Assembly: GCA_050949565.1 (NCBI GenBank)
Contig: JBMNFY010000016.1
Location: forward strand, 32,001-96,000
From: Kiritimatiellia bacterium
GTDB lineage: Bacteria; Verrucomicrobiota; Kiritimatiellia; RFP12; UBA1067
Direction of reading: 5' to 3'
DNA: 64,000 nt
In this document: positions 19,836 through 30,998 of the stretch, piece after piece
Position numbering within the stretch: the stretch's first letter is position 1
Layout of the letters: each line of letters begins with the position of its first letter
Translations under genes and position numbers: made by a program
Notes under the pieces: generated by a model
The model's database searches: none
The model's input: the letters and a program-made list of their open reading frames with translations, nothing else
What the model was told of the DNA's origin: nothing

Positions 19836-22800
19836 TCAATGCAGGAGTATGAGAGTGCCGCTTGAAACGATCCGTACGCTCAGCGTGTCGGCGCTCTGCG
19901 TGAGTGTTAGGCTGCCGGCCGGCGCGTCACCGCTGACGGCGAGCGTCCACGCCGCGAAGCCCGCGTCCGCGAAACTGCCGCAGGTGATCAGCGGGTAGAG
20001 CCCCGCCGGTGGCCGCGATGCAAAGTGCAGGTTGATCGTGCCGCTGTCGGCGACCCCGAGCGTGCCGGGGATCGCGAGCGACGGCGTGACGGCCGCTTGT
20101 CCAAGCGCGTTGGTGCCGATCGTGAAATCAAAGGCATCCGTTGAGAGTGCGACCGTGCCGGAGAAGGTGTCGGCAAAAGTCGGCAGGCGGTCGGGCGTGG
20201 TGGCGGCGACCGTGCCGGTGCCATCCACGCGGGCGCCGGAGAAGTCCGCGTAGCCGTCGCGTGCCTTGCCCAACCACTTGCACATCAGGTAGGCCTCGAT
20301 GTCGATACGCGTGGCATCGTCCAACTCGCTCTCGAAGAGGATGATCTCGCCGAGGCGTTCGGGGTTCTGATCGGTCGGCGACTCGCCAAGCGCGTAAAAG
20401 CCGAAATAGCCGGCCTGGAAGACGTCCGTCGCCGCGAAGGAGAGCAGCTCTTCCTTGCCGGTGAAGCCGCTGGTCGCGCCGTTGACCGGCTGGCCGTCGA
20501 GCCAGGTGGGCGCGTCACGGACGATGTTGGTGGTGCCGCTGCTCCAAATCGGCGAGTTGATGGAGCGCGGGTTGTCGCGCCAGACCACTTGGTTGGCGCC
20601 TACATTGTAGGTGATCGGTACGCCGCCGCCGCGCGAGCTGTCCAGCACGATAAAGCCGGTACGCACGTTGGTGACGACGCTTGAGGTGTCTCCCGAGCCG
20701 ATCTGTTTGGGGTTGCGTGCCATGCGCAGGGTGTTGCCCTTGGTGTCGTTCGGATAGAAGTCCTGATAGTCCAGCCAGAAGAGAGGCGTGCCCAGCGGTC
20801 CCGCGCGTTCGTCGAGCCAAGGGCGGCGGTCGTAGTCATTAATGCCCACGCCGCCACAGGTGCCCAGCAGGTAGAGCCCGTCCCATTCGCGGTCAAGCAG
20901 GCCGGCCACGGCCAGCGGGCGGGTGGGGGTGTACTCGATGCCCAACACGACGCGGTTGGTCTGGCTGGGGTCGAACCAAGCGGAACGTCCGGCGGCGGGC
21001 ACCACTTCCGGGCCGGGCGGCGCGGGCAGGTCCACGACGCGCAGCTCGCCGCCGGCGAGCTGCAGGGTGCCGCGGAAGAGTCCGCCAGGCGTGCAAACCG
21101 AGCTGTCCGCCAGGCTCACGGTGCCTTCGCCGTAGAGCTGGCCGACGGTGAAGCCCCGGCCGATCTCCAGCTCGGCGCCGGTCGCGACCGTGGCGGACGG
21201 CACATGCGCGTTGGCGTAGACCAGTGCCCATTTTTCGGACAGATAGGCCTCGGCAGTCATGCGCTCGAGGTCGGAGAGGGCGTTGGTGTAGACCAGCACT
21301 TCGCCGTAGTTCTGTCCGCCGGCGGTCTGATAGTCGGAGCGCCAGCCGAGCGCGTTGACGGTCTTGCCCTGCGTGTTGAGGGATCAGGATCTGGTAGCCG
21401 CCGCTGAAGCCGGTGTTGGTGGCGGTCACCTCCACGCCGTTGGTCCAGACCGGATGGAGGGCGGCCAGCATGGGCGTGGCCGGGTTGCGGTAGTCGGCTG
21501 CGGTCGACGCCGCCGCGCCGCAGATTCCCAGTCGCCGCCGACGACCGCCGCGCCGCCGCCGTGCTGGCTGCCGAACATCATCACGATGTACTGCGGGTTG
21601 AGGTCGGCGGAGAGCGGCAGGCGCCGTGCCTCCGGCAAAGAGCTGTTCTCATAGCCGGGTGGAAGCGCCCCTTGGTATGAGCCCATTGAAACCACCGGCA
21701 GTCCGTTCTGATTGTTGGTCATGACGTAGGGGTAAACCTGATGATTGTTGTCGCCGCGCCCGTTATAGCCGTAGTAGGGTGCGCCGGGCCGGCAGTCGTT
21801 CCACCGTTCGATGACCGTGAAGTTGTTGGTGAAGGTGTAGCTTCTGGTACTGGGTGAAGACGATCCGGCGCCGCAGCATCAAGCCAGAGGGCTGGCAGGT
21901 CACCGAGCACGCTGGCGGGATCGGGGGCGGCGAGGATCAACTTGCCCGCCTCGACATGCATGTCGGTGATCGAGCTGAACAGCACGTTTAGCGTTTCGGT
22001 CCCCTGCTTGATCAATGTGCCGGGGCCGCTGATCTGTTTGATTGTGGCCGCGCCGGAGACCGTGAACGCTCCGGCGTCTAGGTAGAGAGAGTCGAGGACG
22101 ATGACGTTGCCCGCAAACACGAGGGAGGTCTTGTCGCTCAACCGGACGGCGGCGTCCGGCTCGGCGGCACCGATGATCACGGTTGTCGTCTGATGCGTGG
22201 TGGCACTCAGGACTGCACCCGCCGCCAGCGTGCCCACACGCAACGTGCCAGGGCCGCGGACTGTGATGGTGCCTTCGAGCCGTTCGACCTCTATTGTCTG
22301 GAGGAGCGGGATGTACAGCACACCGCCGGTGCCGTCACCCACCAGTGTTTTAATGAAAGCGGTCGTCGGATCGGTTTGGTAGCCCGGAGGGTAGAAGACG
22401 ATTCCCGTGCCGTTCTGCACGGTCACGGTGTTGTTGGAATCGCCAGCCGTGACATGGTGAAAGGCAACGGCACTACCACCGCCGCAGATAACGTCGCCCA
22501 CGAAATCGCAGGGCTCCAGGAACTCCAAGCGGTTGCTGCCGGTCTTGCTCACGGTGCCGGTGCCGGTGATCGTGCCCTGCAGATAACACATCTGGCGAAC
22601 CGGGAAGAGGGCTGTCGAGTTGACGCCCTCCAGTGAGATGTCGTTCGTGATGGTCGCCTCCGTGCCGTACCATCCACCAAGGGCGTCCAATTGGCACGGT
22701 TTGATCGCGGCCGTGAGGTTGGTGCCCTGCACGCGGATCACAGCATCCTGCGTGACCGCCTCAGGTACGAGGACGGTGATGCTGTGGTTCGTCAGCACGA

Positions 22801-23812
22801 TATCGCTCGTACCGAGCAGGTTGGTACCGGCCAGCGCGAGCATGGCGTTGTCGGCGACGCGCCAAGTGCAGGAGGTGGGCCAGGCGTACAGTGTGACCAG
22901 GTCGCGGAAGGTCAGGCACGCTTCCGGTGTGGCGTTGCTGAAAGCCACGTCCAGATTAAAGGGCGGGTAGTCGATCTCCAAGCCGGTGGCTCCGAAAACG
23001 AGTTCATCCGCGCCGTCCACCACAAGCTGTGCCGCACCGGTCGTGTTCGTGAGTTGCATGAGGCCACCGGGCAACCGGAACGGTTGCGCCATGTCGTGGT
23101 CGGCGAGCTTTAGGACGACTGTGCCCTCGACCAGAGTCTTGGGGCCGATGTGCCCGTTGTGGGCGGCGCGTAGCACGCTGCCGTCGCCGGGATCGCAGAA
23201 GGCAAAGGCGTTGGCCTGGTTTTCAGCGCTGATCAAGTCGTTGCTGGGACTGTAAAGGATGCCACTCAGAAATCCACCGAGCACGCCGCCGCCGAACGCG
23301 CTGTTGAACACACGGATTTCAATGCCGTGCCAACCGGCCGCCAGCGGGATATCCTGCACGCATGTCGGCCTGTCCCACCGCATGTCCCTGAAGATCATCC
23401 GACCGTCGATACCGAGAGACGCATGGTCATCGATGCTTTCGCAGAAACTATACAGTCCGGCTTCGGGAATATACCAGCGTCCGGTGTAGATATACTCCGT
23501 GTAGGTTTCGGTAAACCTGTTGGACGCCCAGTAGGCGGAGTCGATGATGCGCGTGAAGTCACCGTAGGGGGAGATATAGGAAATTCCGCCAGACGTGACG
23601 TTGGTGAGGGTATATTCGTTAAAGCCCGCGACACCGGCTTCCGCTCCGGGGAACACGAGGGTGGTGCCGTCCTTGAGCTGCAGCAAGGAGGATCCAAGCT
23701 CCTCGCTGTTGGTGACGACAAGGGTGACATCGGGGCCAATGATCGTATCGGCGAGCGCACCGACGAACGAGTACCCACACACGATTGCAAGGACAAGGCC
23801 AAACCGTTTCAT
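19836..23812 (-). pseudogene. Large secreted protein (PA14-like domain, autotransporter-type beta-strand repeats, LamG-like WLDA domains) broken by several frameshifts at about 21380-21870
   Basis: Signal peptide MKRFGLVLAIVCG with AAAGGAG-like RBS; YSFCESIDD..L.IDG; GTGTVSKTG; WLDA/WFDP and EAYL..KW motifs spread over several frames; ends GTLILLH. Confidence 0.7.
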
Positions 23813-24091
23813 AATCCAATCTCCTTTATATGGGGGCCAGCAGCAATATGGAAAGCATACCACATAGGAAGGGGGTTGTCCCGCTCGATTGCGCAAAAAA
23901 AGATGCTCGGGGGTTTTTAACCACAGAGAACACAGAGGGCACAGAGTTTTTGGGGGGCAGTGCTCGGGTTTTCTAATCCACAGATTACGCAGATTTTTTT
24001 GGGGGCGCGGCTGCGCCGTGCAAAGTTTTAACCTCATCTTTGTAACCACTGGGTGGTCACAAAAAGTGGCTCGCGGGGGCGCTCAGCCCGT

Positions 24092-24121
24092 GAAACCCTG
24101 AAACCCTGAAACCCTGAAACC
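24092..24121. repeat. Octamer tandem repeat (GAAACCCT)n
   Basis: Three full copies plus a partial one; related octamers at 39541-39610. Confidence 0.85.
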
Positions 24122-24122
24122 G

Positions 24123-24145
24123 CCCTCCGCGCAACGCGCGGAGGG
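24123..24145 (-). terminator. GC-rich hairpin downstream of the permease gene
   Basis: CCCTCCGCGC-AAC-GCGCGGAGGG just after the stop; no clear U tract. Confidence 0.45.
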
Positions 24146-24151
24146 TACTAT

Positions 24152-25579
24152 TCATTCGCTCTGGGCCTCAGCCTGCGGGTAGGGCAGAACCGGCGTCTGG
24201 AATTTCGCCAGCAACGCGTAGATCACCGCGCCGGCGAAGAAGGCCAGGATCAGGCTCAGCGGCAGCGGCTTGCCGAGGGGCAGCCCCCAGGCAACAAGCT
24301 GCGGCTGTGCGCCGATCACGAAGCCGACCAACCAAGCGATCCAGCCCGCCGGGTTGAAGCCCGCGCGCGGACCGCTCCAGCGGCCCTTGTTGATAAAGTA
24401 CTCGGCGACCATCGCGCCGCAGATCGGCCCGAAGGAGGCACCGAAGAAGCCGAAGATCACCGGCAGCTTGAGCGCCACACCGGTCACGGCCAGAATAATG
24501 GCGATCACGCAGCCGATACCGCAAGAAACCCAAGGGTTGACTTTGGGCAGTGTGGTCTTGATGGCGTTGGCCGCGATCAGTGAAGAGAAGCAGCAACTCG
24601 GAAAGGCACAGATAGCCAACAGGAAGGCCAACACGCCACCTGCTTTGTCGCCGAACAGATTGGCCAGAAGCGCGACAGGATCCAATACCACCTTGCCTTG
24701 CGCCATCAGCTCTTTGCCGGCCGCCGTGCCGTAGAAGCCGGCGACGATCAGAGCCGCGACGCCAGCGGTCAGGACGATCGCTCCGAGGATGCCGACCAGA
24801 CCTCCCATCACCACGTCTTTTTTGTTGCGTGCGTTGGTTCCAAAGTCCACGCCTGCCGCGCCAGCGGTGGCGGTGAAGCCGACGATGTGCGTGATCAGCG
24901 CAAAGATAATTGCCGTGCCGCCCAACGCCGGCAGCGCATCCGGATTACCTGCCTTGGCCGCCGCCACGAATGCAGCCGCATCAAATGAGCCGAGCCCGCC
25001 GATGGTTTTAGCCAGTGCCGCGAGCAGGACCAAGGCTGGCACGATCGGCAGCCAGGTGGAGATCATCGCCACATACTTGATGCCCCTGAGCGCCATCACG
25101 ACGCTGCCCACACCCCACACGATCATGATCGCATAGAGCCACGGCGATCCGGCCGGCAACTTCAGGAAAAGGTTCAGTGCGTAGGCCGCCCCCGCGATAT
25201 TGACCGCCACCCAACCGAACTGCAACAGTCCCATCAAGAAGCCGGGCAGGAAAAATCCGCCCTTCGCACCGAAGGTTGAGGAGCCGACGATGTAGAGCGG
25301 CAGGCCGGTCTTCTGGCCCAAACAGCCGAAAACATGGTAAAAGAGCAGGTAGCAGATCGCGCCGCCCGCTATGATGCCGAGCAGAGCCACCGGCCAGCCG
25401 GCTGCGAAGATGCCGCCCGCGTGCCCGCCCAGAAGCGAGGCGGTTCCGGACCAGAAGACGAACCACAGGAAGACGCCTGCGTAAGACGGGGCGATATTCT
25501 TGTACCACGGCGCACGGTTGGTGGCCGGATTAGGTTGTGCGCACTCCAGATAGGCAGGCACAGAGTTCTTCTCGTTCAT
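24152..25579 (-). CDS. NCS1-family cytosine/purine permease-like transporter
   Basis: About 12 TM helices; GQKTGLP....SSTFG.KG, QFGWVAVN, GFNPAG motifs; AAGGAG RBS before ATG 25579. Confidence 0.8.
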   Translation of the reverse strand: MNEKNSVPAYLECAQPNPATNRAPWYKNIAPSYAGVFLWFVFWSGTASLLGGHAGGIFAAGWPVALLGIIAGGAICYLLFYHVFGCLGQKTGLPLYIVGSSTFGAKGGFFLPGFLMGLLQFGWVAVNIAGAAYALNLFLKLPAGSPWLYAIMIVWGVGSVVMALRGIKYVAMISTWLPIVPALVLLAALAKTIGGLGSFDAAAFVAAAKAGNPDALPALGGTAIIFALITHIVGFTATAGAAGVDFGTNARNKKDVVMGGLVGILGAIVLTAGVAALIVAGFYGTAAGKELMAQGKVVLDPVALLANLFGDKAGGVLAFLLAICAFPSCCFSSLIAANAIKTTLPKVNPWVSCGIGCVIAIILAVTGVALKLPVIFGFFGASFGPICGAMVAEYFINKGRWSGPRAGFNPAGWIAWLVGFVIGAQPQLVAWGLPLGKPLPLSLILAFFAGAVIYALLAKFQTPVLPYPQAEAQSE

Positions 25580-25652
25580 ACAAGACTCCTTTTCATGGTG
25601 ATGTCGGGTTTCTGCGGCGGACCTGCGCCGCACGCCTTCGCTTCCAGCGAAT

Positions 25653-25692
25653 GGTGACTTATAGCGTAGGCGATACGTCAAAACGGGTCAAG
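25653..25692 (-). promoter_or_regulatory. Sigma70-like promoter (TTGACC-N17-TACGCT), copy 1
   Basis: Minus strand reads TTGACCcgttttgacgtatcgccTACGCT; 35/40 identical to 30864-30903. Confidence 0.65.
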
Positions 25693-25709
25693 CGTTTCTG
25701 TGGTAACAC

Positions 25710-28700
25710 TCAAAGCTTACCGTTCAAATGTGTAAGCGAGATCAGGTTGGCAGGCGGCTCATAGATTTTTTCTAGGCTGACATCATCAAAGGCCGTCCAC
25801 GCGCCCGGCGACTGCTTGGGGGCCCCAAGAAGAATCAGGGCGGTGGCCGGTTGATTGGGTGCCGAAAAGATGACGCTGCATTTAACCCACTGGTTCTCAC
25901 ACTCCGGCGGATAGGCGACCGCTATCGCGCTACCGTGATCAAGCCAGCCGCTTTTGCCCTGCATGCGTACGCTCGCCGATCCCATGCCGAAGCCCTCGTC
26001 GCCCCGGTTGCGCCTGACCCAGAATGTCAGGCGGTAGCGACGGTTCGGTTGCAGCCCGACGTATGAGACGAGCGAGCCGCGGATTTGCAGTTCACCGATG
26101 GCACAAGAGGCCGCGCCGCTGTGCGCGGTTTCGGTGTTCAGGAAGAACCGGGTGGTCGAATTGGGGAAGGAGTCTGATGACCAGCCCGGCACGCCCTCAA
26201 GGCGGGTCGGGTAGGGGGGCTCGTGACCTGCTCCGGTGCCCTCTTCAAACGAGGGATTGCGCACCAGATTCGTAAGCGTGTTCTGGTGCATGTAGACTTG
26301 CGTGTACAGGGCGGCGCGGGCTCGCTTGTCCAAACAGGCCTGAGCGCGCTCCCGATAGAAAGCGGGTAAATCCTGTCCACTTGCCGAGAGATAGGCGCTG
26401 AGCCGCTCGAGGGCGGGTTCGCTGTGCAGCTCGAAGTTGGGTTGCGGCAAGAGGTAGGAAAAGGTTTTCAGCTTCTCCAGGCCGTTGTTTTCCGGGTCGA
26501 TGAAGACCAGGCTCTCCTCTTCGGCGCTCATGGTGTAGGCCTCGGAATCCGCGATGGTTTGATAGCCTTGTTTGACGAGATCGACCAGTCTTTCAGCCGT
26601 CGCATTTGAGTCGATGCTTTGTATGGCATCCAGTTCACGGGCTAAGATATTGCCCTGAATGCGCAGACTGGAAAAACGCCAGAGCTTCTTTAAGACATGG
26701 AGCCGTTGTTGGGGCAGCCCCTGCAGCGCGATCTGGCTGGCAGCTTCCAACTCCTGATCCAGAACTTGCAGGTCCTCCCGTGTGTACTCGTCCATCTGAG
26801 CGAATTTTTGCCATCCGCGCATCGGTGTTTTCCAATCCGTTTTACGCCAGTAGACCTGCTCGTGTCTGTCGAAGAAGCGCTTGACCGGTTGGGCCGCCTC
26901 TTGGTACATGCAGGTGAAGAAATCGTTCAGGAGTCCCTCGACATCGGCATTTATGTTCCATGCGATTTCATCGAGCACGTATTGTCTGGGCGCGTCGAAA
27001 ACGCCGGTGACCGGATAGAGTTCCATCCACATGGTCTGCAGGTTGTATTCTGCTTTGGCCTCCCGCCAGGCACTTGCCATGGCTCTGGGATAATATCGCG
27101 GCGTGACATAGCCGTTGCCAAACGTGTAGATGTAGTCGTAAAGCCCGAAGTTCGTGACGCTGCTATCACGCCAGGCCGGGAAGAGATTGAAGGCGCCCTC
27201 TTTGCCGATGCCGGTGATTTCCACGAGGATATTGGAGGCCATGGTGACACCTTGGGGCGCCTGGCTGGCTGCGGCGCTGTAGGCGATGAAGCTGATCAGC
27301 TTGCCCGGATGGCTGTTCGTCAACGCTGCGGCGGCCTCGTTATAGAATCTGGCGTACTGATTGCCGGTCTGCTCCAGTTCGGCCCTGCACCCCGGGCACT
27401 GGCAGTCGCCGGCACCGTCATTGACCCCCATGGGCAGTCCTATGCGGTCCGGATGCGCGCTAAAGTATGCGTTCGCATACTCAGCCACGAGTCCGGGCAG
27501 GTCAGGCCTGAGACTCGTTACGCAGGGATTCCAAGGGCCGTTAATCTTGCCATCAACCACCGCGACGCGCGCGCCGTTGATCATGGGGAAGTACTCGGGG
27601 TGCGACTCACCATATTTTGCCGGCGGCACCAGTTGATCTAACGCATGGGTGGCCTGGCAGGTCAAACGGGAGTTGCGTCCGAAAACTGCGGCACCACCGG
27701 CCCACGCTACGATGTAGGAGTGTATGGAGGGTTCTTCACGAAATTCCAATGTGGCGGGAAGCACGAGCGTCTGCTGCGCCGGGATGATTTCGTTCAGCGC
27801 CGGCGTACCGAGAAAGCGCCTGTAACCCAGATAGCGCTTGAGAAAATCGATCACGGCATAGTTCGTGCCGGCGTCGTTTTTTCCAGCCAGTACGAGGTTT
27901 TTGCCATCACGCATGACGATGTAATAGCCATAGGGATGCAGGGAATCGAAGTCCAAGCTCAGGCTGTTGACGTAGGCCGTTCGTCCGACGTGTATCAGCA
28001 GGTTGGTTCCGCCGATAATGGGGGCGAAATTGGTTGCCGTCAGCAACTGCGGCAACAGAGTATTCAGCGCCGAACTTCGGCTGTCCGATGCCAAGGCCAC
28101 ATGCATCACTTGGCCAGCGACGGTGGCGGCCTGATTATTGTCCGGCAAGGGGAAGAGACGATCTAGCTCGCTGGGTTGCAGCAGCGTGGTCAGTAACGTC
28201 CGGAGGGCCTCGGCATACTTGGGGTGGTCTACGGGAGCGTGGGCGGTATAAATCAGCGCTCCCGCGCCGATGCGGTTGACGCCCAGTTTGGCGACCGCTT
28301 CCGTACCCATTAAAACCGCCATGTTGGATAAATCACCTAGGCCCGGTTGGGCATACGGCAAGCCGACATACGGGTTGTGTTCTTCCGTGAACAGTTCCAG
28401 ACCCACACCGCGTAGCTCAGAATTGGGGTTGCCATACACATAGCTTTGAGCACCCAGCAAATCGGCGGCCGGACTCAGATCAAAGATATTCCCCTCTCGG
28501 TGAAAAGCCTGAGTAGGTGCACCCGCACAGAGGAAAAACAGACCCCCGTTCTGCACGAACTCAAGCAAGGTTTGAATATTTTCGGCTGACTGTGGGAAGT
28601 CTCCCCCTAGTTGGGACCAGACGATGATCTTCGTGCCTGCTGCCGGCAGGGTGAAATCATCATGTGAGGCAAATTCTGTGAAAAGCCCCGCAAAGGCAGT

Positions 28701-28817
28701 TTTGAACGCATCACAATTGCCCGAAAACTCAGCCTGCTCCAAAGCGAAACTGTGTATGACGCATGACAGAACGGAGATAAGAAAAACACGTCGCAACATG
28801 TCTGGTTTCTCGCTCAC
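25710..28817 (-). CDS. DUF4838-domain secreted protein (GH-like) with C-terminal carbohydrate-binding module
   Basis: GTNYAVIDFL..YLG, HPEYFPMING, GVNDG..CQCPGC, FIAYS, NLVRNPSFEEG; signal peptide. Confidence 0.75.
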   Translation of the reverse strand: MSEKPDMLRRVFLISVLSCVIHSFALEQAEFSGNCDAFKTAFAGLFTEFASHDDFTLPAAGTKIIVWSQLGGDFPQSAENIQTLLEFVQNGGLFFLCAGAPTQAFHREGNIFDLSPAADLLGAQSYVYGNPNSELRGVGLELFTEEHNPYVGLPYAQPGLGDLSNMAVLMGTEAVAKLGVNRIGAGALIYTAHAPVDHPKYAEALRTLLTTLLQPSELDRLFPLPDNNQAATVAGQVMHVALASDSRSSALNTLLPQLLTATNFAPIIGGTNLLIHVGRTAYVNSLSLDFDSLHPYGYYIVMRDGKNLVLAGKNDAGTNYAVIDFLKRYLGYRRFLGTPALNEIIPAQQTLVLPATLEFREEPSIHSYIVAWAGGAAVFGRNSRLTCQATHALDQLVPPAKYGESHPEYFPMINGARVAVVDGKINGPWNPCVTSLRPDLPGLVAEYANAYFSAHPDRIGLPMGVNDGAGDCQCPGCRAELEQTGNQYARFYNEAAAALTNSHPGKLISFIAYSAAASQAPQGVTMASNILVEITGIGKEGAFNLFPAWRDSSVTNFGLYDYIYTFGNGYVTPRYYPRAMASAWREAKAEYNLQTMWMELYPVTGVFDAPRQYVLDEIAWNINADVEGLLNDFFTCMYQEAAQPVKRFFDRHEQVYWRKTDWKTPMRGWQKFAQMDEYTREDLQVLDQELEAASQIALQGLPQQRLHVLKKLWRFSSLRIQGNILARELDAIQSIDSNATAERLVDLVKQGYQTIADSEAYTMSAEEESLVFIDPENNGLEKLKTFSYLLPQPNFELHSEPALERLSAYLSASGQDLPAFYRERAQACLDKRARAALYTQVYMHQNTLTNLVRNPSFEEGTGAGHEPPYPTRLEGVPGWSSDSFPNSTTRFFLNTETAHSGAASCAIGELQIRGSLVSYVGLQPNRRYRLTFWVRRNRGDEGFGMGSASVRMQGKSGWLDHGSAIAVAYPPECENQWVKCSVIFSAPNQPATALILLGAPKQSPGAWTAFDDVSLEKIYEPPANLISLTHLNGKL

Positions 28818-30826
28818 TGTTTCGTGAACCGGACGGTGAACCCTCCGCCGGGTGCCATGCGGAAAAGAATCCGGTCGCCTGCCCGTACGGACCGCGTCTC
28901 GCGCACAAACTTCGTCGGCTCCGCAACCGAATCGGGCGCGTCGCGGAAAATTTCCGCCGACCAGTTCCCCGCACCGAGAAAGCCGGTGTCGAGTTCAAAG
29001 TCATGCGCCGCCGCGCTTGAAATGCCAGCGGCGTACCAGACCTCGCCTTTCCGCCGTGCTACCGCCGCAAACGTTTCCGGTGTGCCGCCGAGTCCGACCG
29101 TATCGTCCCACACGACCGGAACCGCCGCCATGAAGCGGAAACACTCCATGTTCTTTTCGTAGCGGGTCGGGCTGTCGCAAAGCATCTGCAACGGTGCCTC
29201 GCAGAGCGTCATCATCGCCATCTGGCGGCTGCGTGTGCCCATCGATCCGGGATGCTTCCAGTCTCCCGTATACTTGCCGACCGGATAGTTGAGCATCGCC
29301 CCCGGCGTATAATCCATCGGTCCCGCCGTCAGCCGTCCGAAAAAGCTTTTCACGTCGTTTCCGAGAATATCCTGCCCCTTGTAGAACTTCATCTGTTCGA
29401 GCCCGTGAATCCCCTCGTAATTGAGCACGTTGGGATAAGCGCGGCTCATCCCCGTCGGACGGTGCACGCCGTGGTAATCGACCAACATCTGATTGCGCGC
29501 ACAGGCATCCGCGAACTTCCAGAGAAAACGCTCGGCCTCCGCATCACCGCGATCCATGAAGTCAACTTTGAATCCCTTCGCGCCGAGTTTCGCGAAATGT
29601 GATGCCACAAGGTCCTCTTTGCCGTAAATCTGAGCCCATGCCATCCACAGAATGATCCCCACGCCCTTTTTGTTCGCGTAGTCGATGAGATGCGGGACAT
29701 CCACGTCAGGATGAAACTTCCAGATGTTGAGCGCTTCGCTCCACCCCTCGTCGAAAATCACGTACTCGACACCGGTTCTCGCCGCGAAATCGATATAATA
29801 CTCGTAACTCTTCGTATTGCATCCCGCCTTGAACGGCACGCCTTCGAGATGCCAATCGTTCCACCAGTCCCAAGCGACCTTGCCCGGTTTTACCCAGGAA
29901 AACTCGCTGCCGGACGTTGCGGGACGCGCCAGCGCATAGACCAGATCCGCCTCGCAAAGCTGCGCGGGTTTGTCGGCAAGGACAAACGTACGCCACGGGA
30001 ATGGGCGCGTGCCGTCGGTTTCGACCAGATATCCGTCATGCTCAAGCACCTTGAGCCAGCGTCCACCCTCCTTGAGACCGTGATCCTCCGGTTTGCCCCC
30101 CCAGCCGCCAACGCGCTCCGTCCGCTTCGGCCAGCCGGCGAATACAGACTGGAACACCACCGGGACCGCCGTAGCATCGGCACGCTCAAAATTCCAGATG
30201 GGATAGTCAAATACGTCACTCTCGGTAATCGCGAGGGTTTTGCCGCGGACAGAACAAACCACGGGCAGATAGGCCACCTTCTTCCCTTTGCCGCCGGTCA
30301 CGACATCCTTCGCCGCCAGCGTTTCAGTGACGGTTTCCTCACACCCGAACGCATCGGTGAAATTCACCTGACACACGGCGGACGCTTCCGGAATGGTCAC
30401 ATACGCCTTTTCTCCGTCGACCCGGATCCGGCCGGGCATCGTGGTCTCGAACCGATAGGCCACGCCATCGTTCCGGGCGGCAAGCCGAACGCCCCACTTC
30501 CCGAAATCGACAAACGTCTCATTCCGCTCAAGGTTCACCGTCCCCTTCTTGTACACGGGTGACTTTTCAATCCCGGACACGGTTCCGGTCTTGACCTTCG
30601 GTGCCGCCCCTTTTCCGGCAAGGAGCACACCGTCCACTGTCATCCCGATTTCCGAAGGAGCGACCAGAACCTGCCCGTCCCGGAGCACGTCATAGGCAAG
30701 GGGTTCTAAATAGAGCCGGATCTGATTCCGCCCGTCGGGCGAAGAAGCCGTCGCAACTCTCTCCGCTGCTTTCGCGCAAACGCAACATCCCGCCACCATC
30801 GCCAGTATCACCGTGTTTCGTATCAT
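28814..30826 (-). CDS. Glycoside hydrolase family 97 (alpha-glucosidase/galactosidase)
   Basis: WVKPGKVAWDWWN, YIDFAA, FDEGW, GFKVDFMDR, YEGIHGLE, GPMDYTPG, PLQMLCDSP. Confidence 0.95.
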   Translation of the reverse strand: MIRNTVILAMVAGCCVCAKAAERVATASSPDGRNQIRLYLEPLAYDVLRDGQVLVAPSEIGMTVDGVLLAGKGAAPKVKTGTVSGIEKSPVYKKGTVNLERNETFVDFGKWGVRLAARNDGVAYRFETTMPGRIRVDGEKAYVTIPEASAVCQVNFTDAFGCEETVTETLAAKDVVTGGKGKKVAYLPVVCSVRGKTLAITESDVFDYPIWNFERADATAVPVVFQSVFAGWPKRTERVGGWGGKPEDHGLKEGGRWLKVLEHDGYLVETDGTRPFPWRTFVLADKPAQLCEADLVYALARPATSGSEFSWVKPGKVAWDWWNDWHLEGVPFKAGCNTKSYEYYIDFAARTGVEYVIFDEGWSEALNIWKFHPDVDVPHLIDYANKKGVGIILWMAWAQIYGKEDLVASHFAKLGAKGFKVDFMDRGDAEAERFLWKFADACARNQMLVDYHGVHRPTGMSRAYPNVLNYEGIHGLEQMKFYKGQDILGNDVKSFFGRLTAGPMDYTPGAMLNYPVGKYTGDWKHPGSMGTRSRQMAMMTLCEAPLQMLCDSPTRYEKNMECFRFMAAVPVVWDDTVGLGGTPETFAAVARRKGEVWYAAGISSAAAHDFELDTGFLGAGNWSAEIFRDAPDSVAEPTKFVRETRSVRAGDRILFRMAPGGGFTVRFTKQ

Positions 30827-30863
30827 TTCGTTTACTCCTTAAATCCGTCCCCATCGTTTTCTG

Positions 30864-30903
30864 GGTGGCCTATAGCGTAGGCGACATGTCAAAGCGGGTC
30901 AAG
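30864..30903 (-). promoter_or_regulatory. Sigma70-like promoter (TTGACC-N17-TACGCT), copy 2
   Basis: Minus strand reads TTGACCcgctttgacatgtcgccTACGCT upstream of GH97. Confidence 0.65.
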
Positions 30904-30998
30904 TGCGATTCAATTGCGATTCAACCGTTGCGAGACGCGCCCGACTCTAGTACCATGACGATCATTGATGACGGACGGTTGAGGAGACGGGTGAAAGC

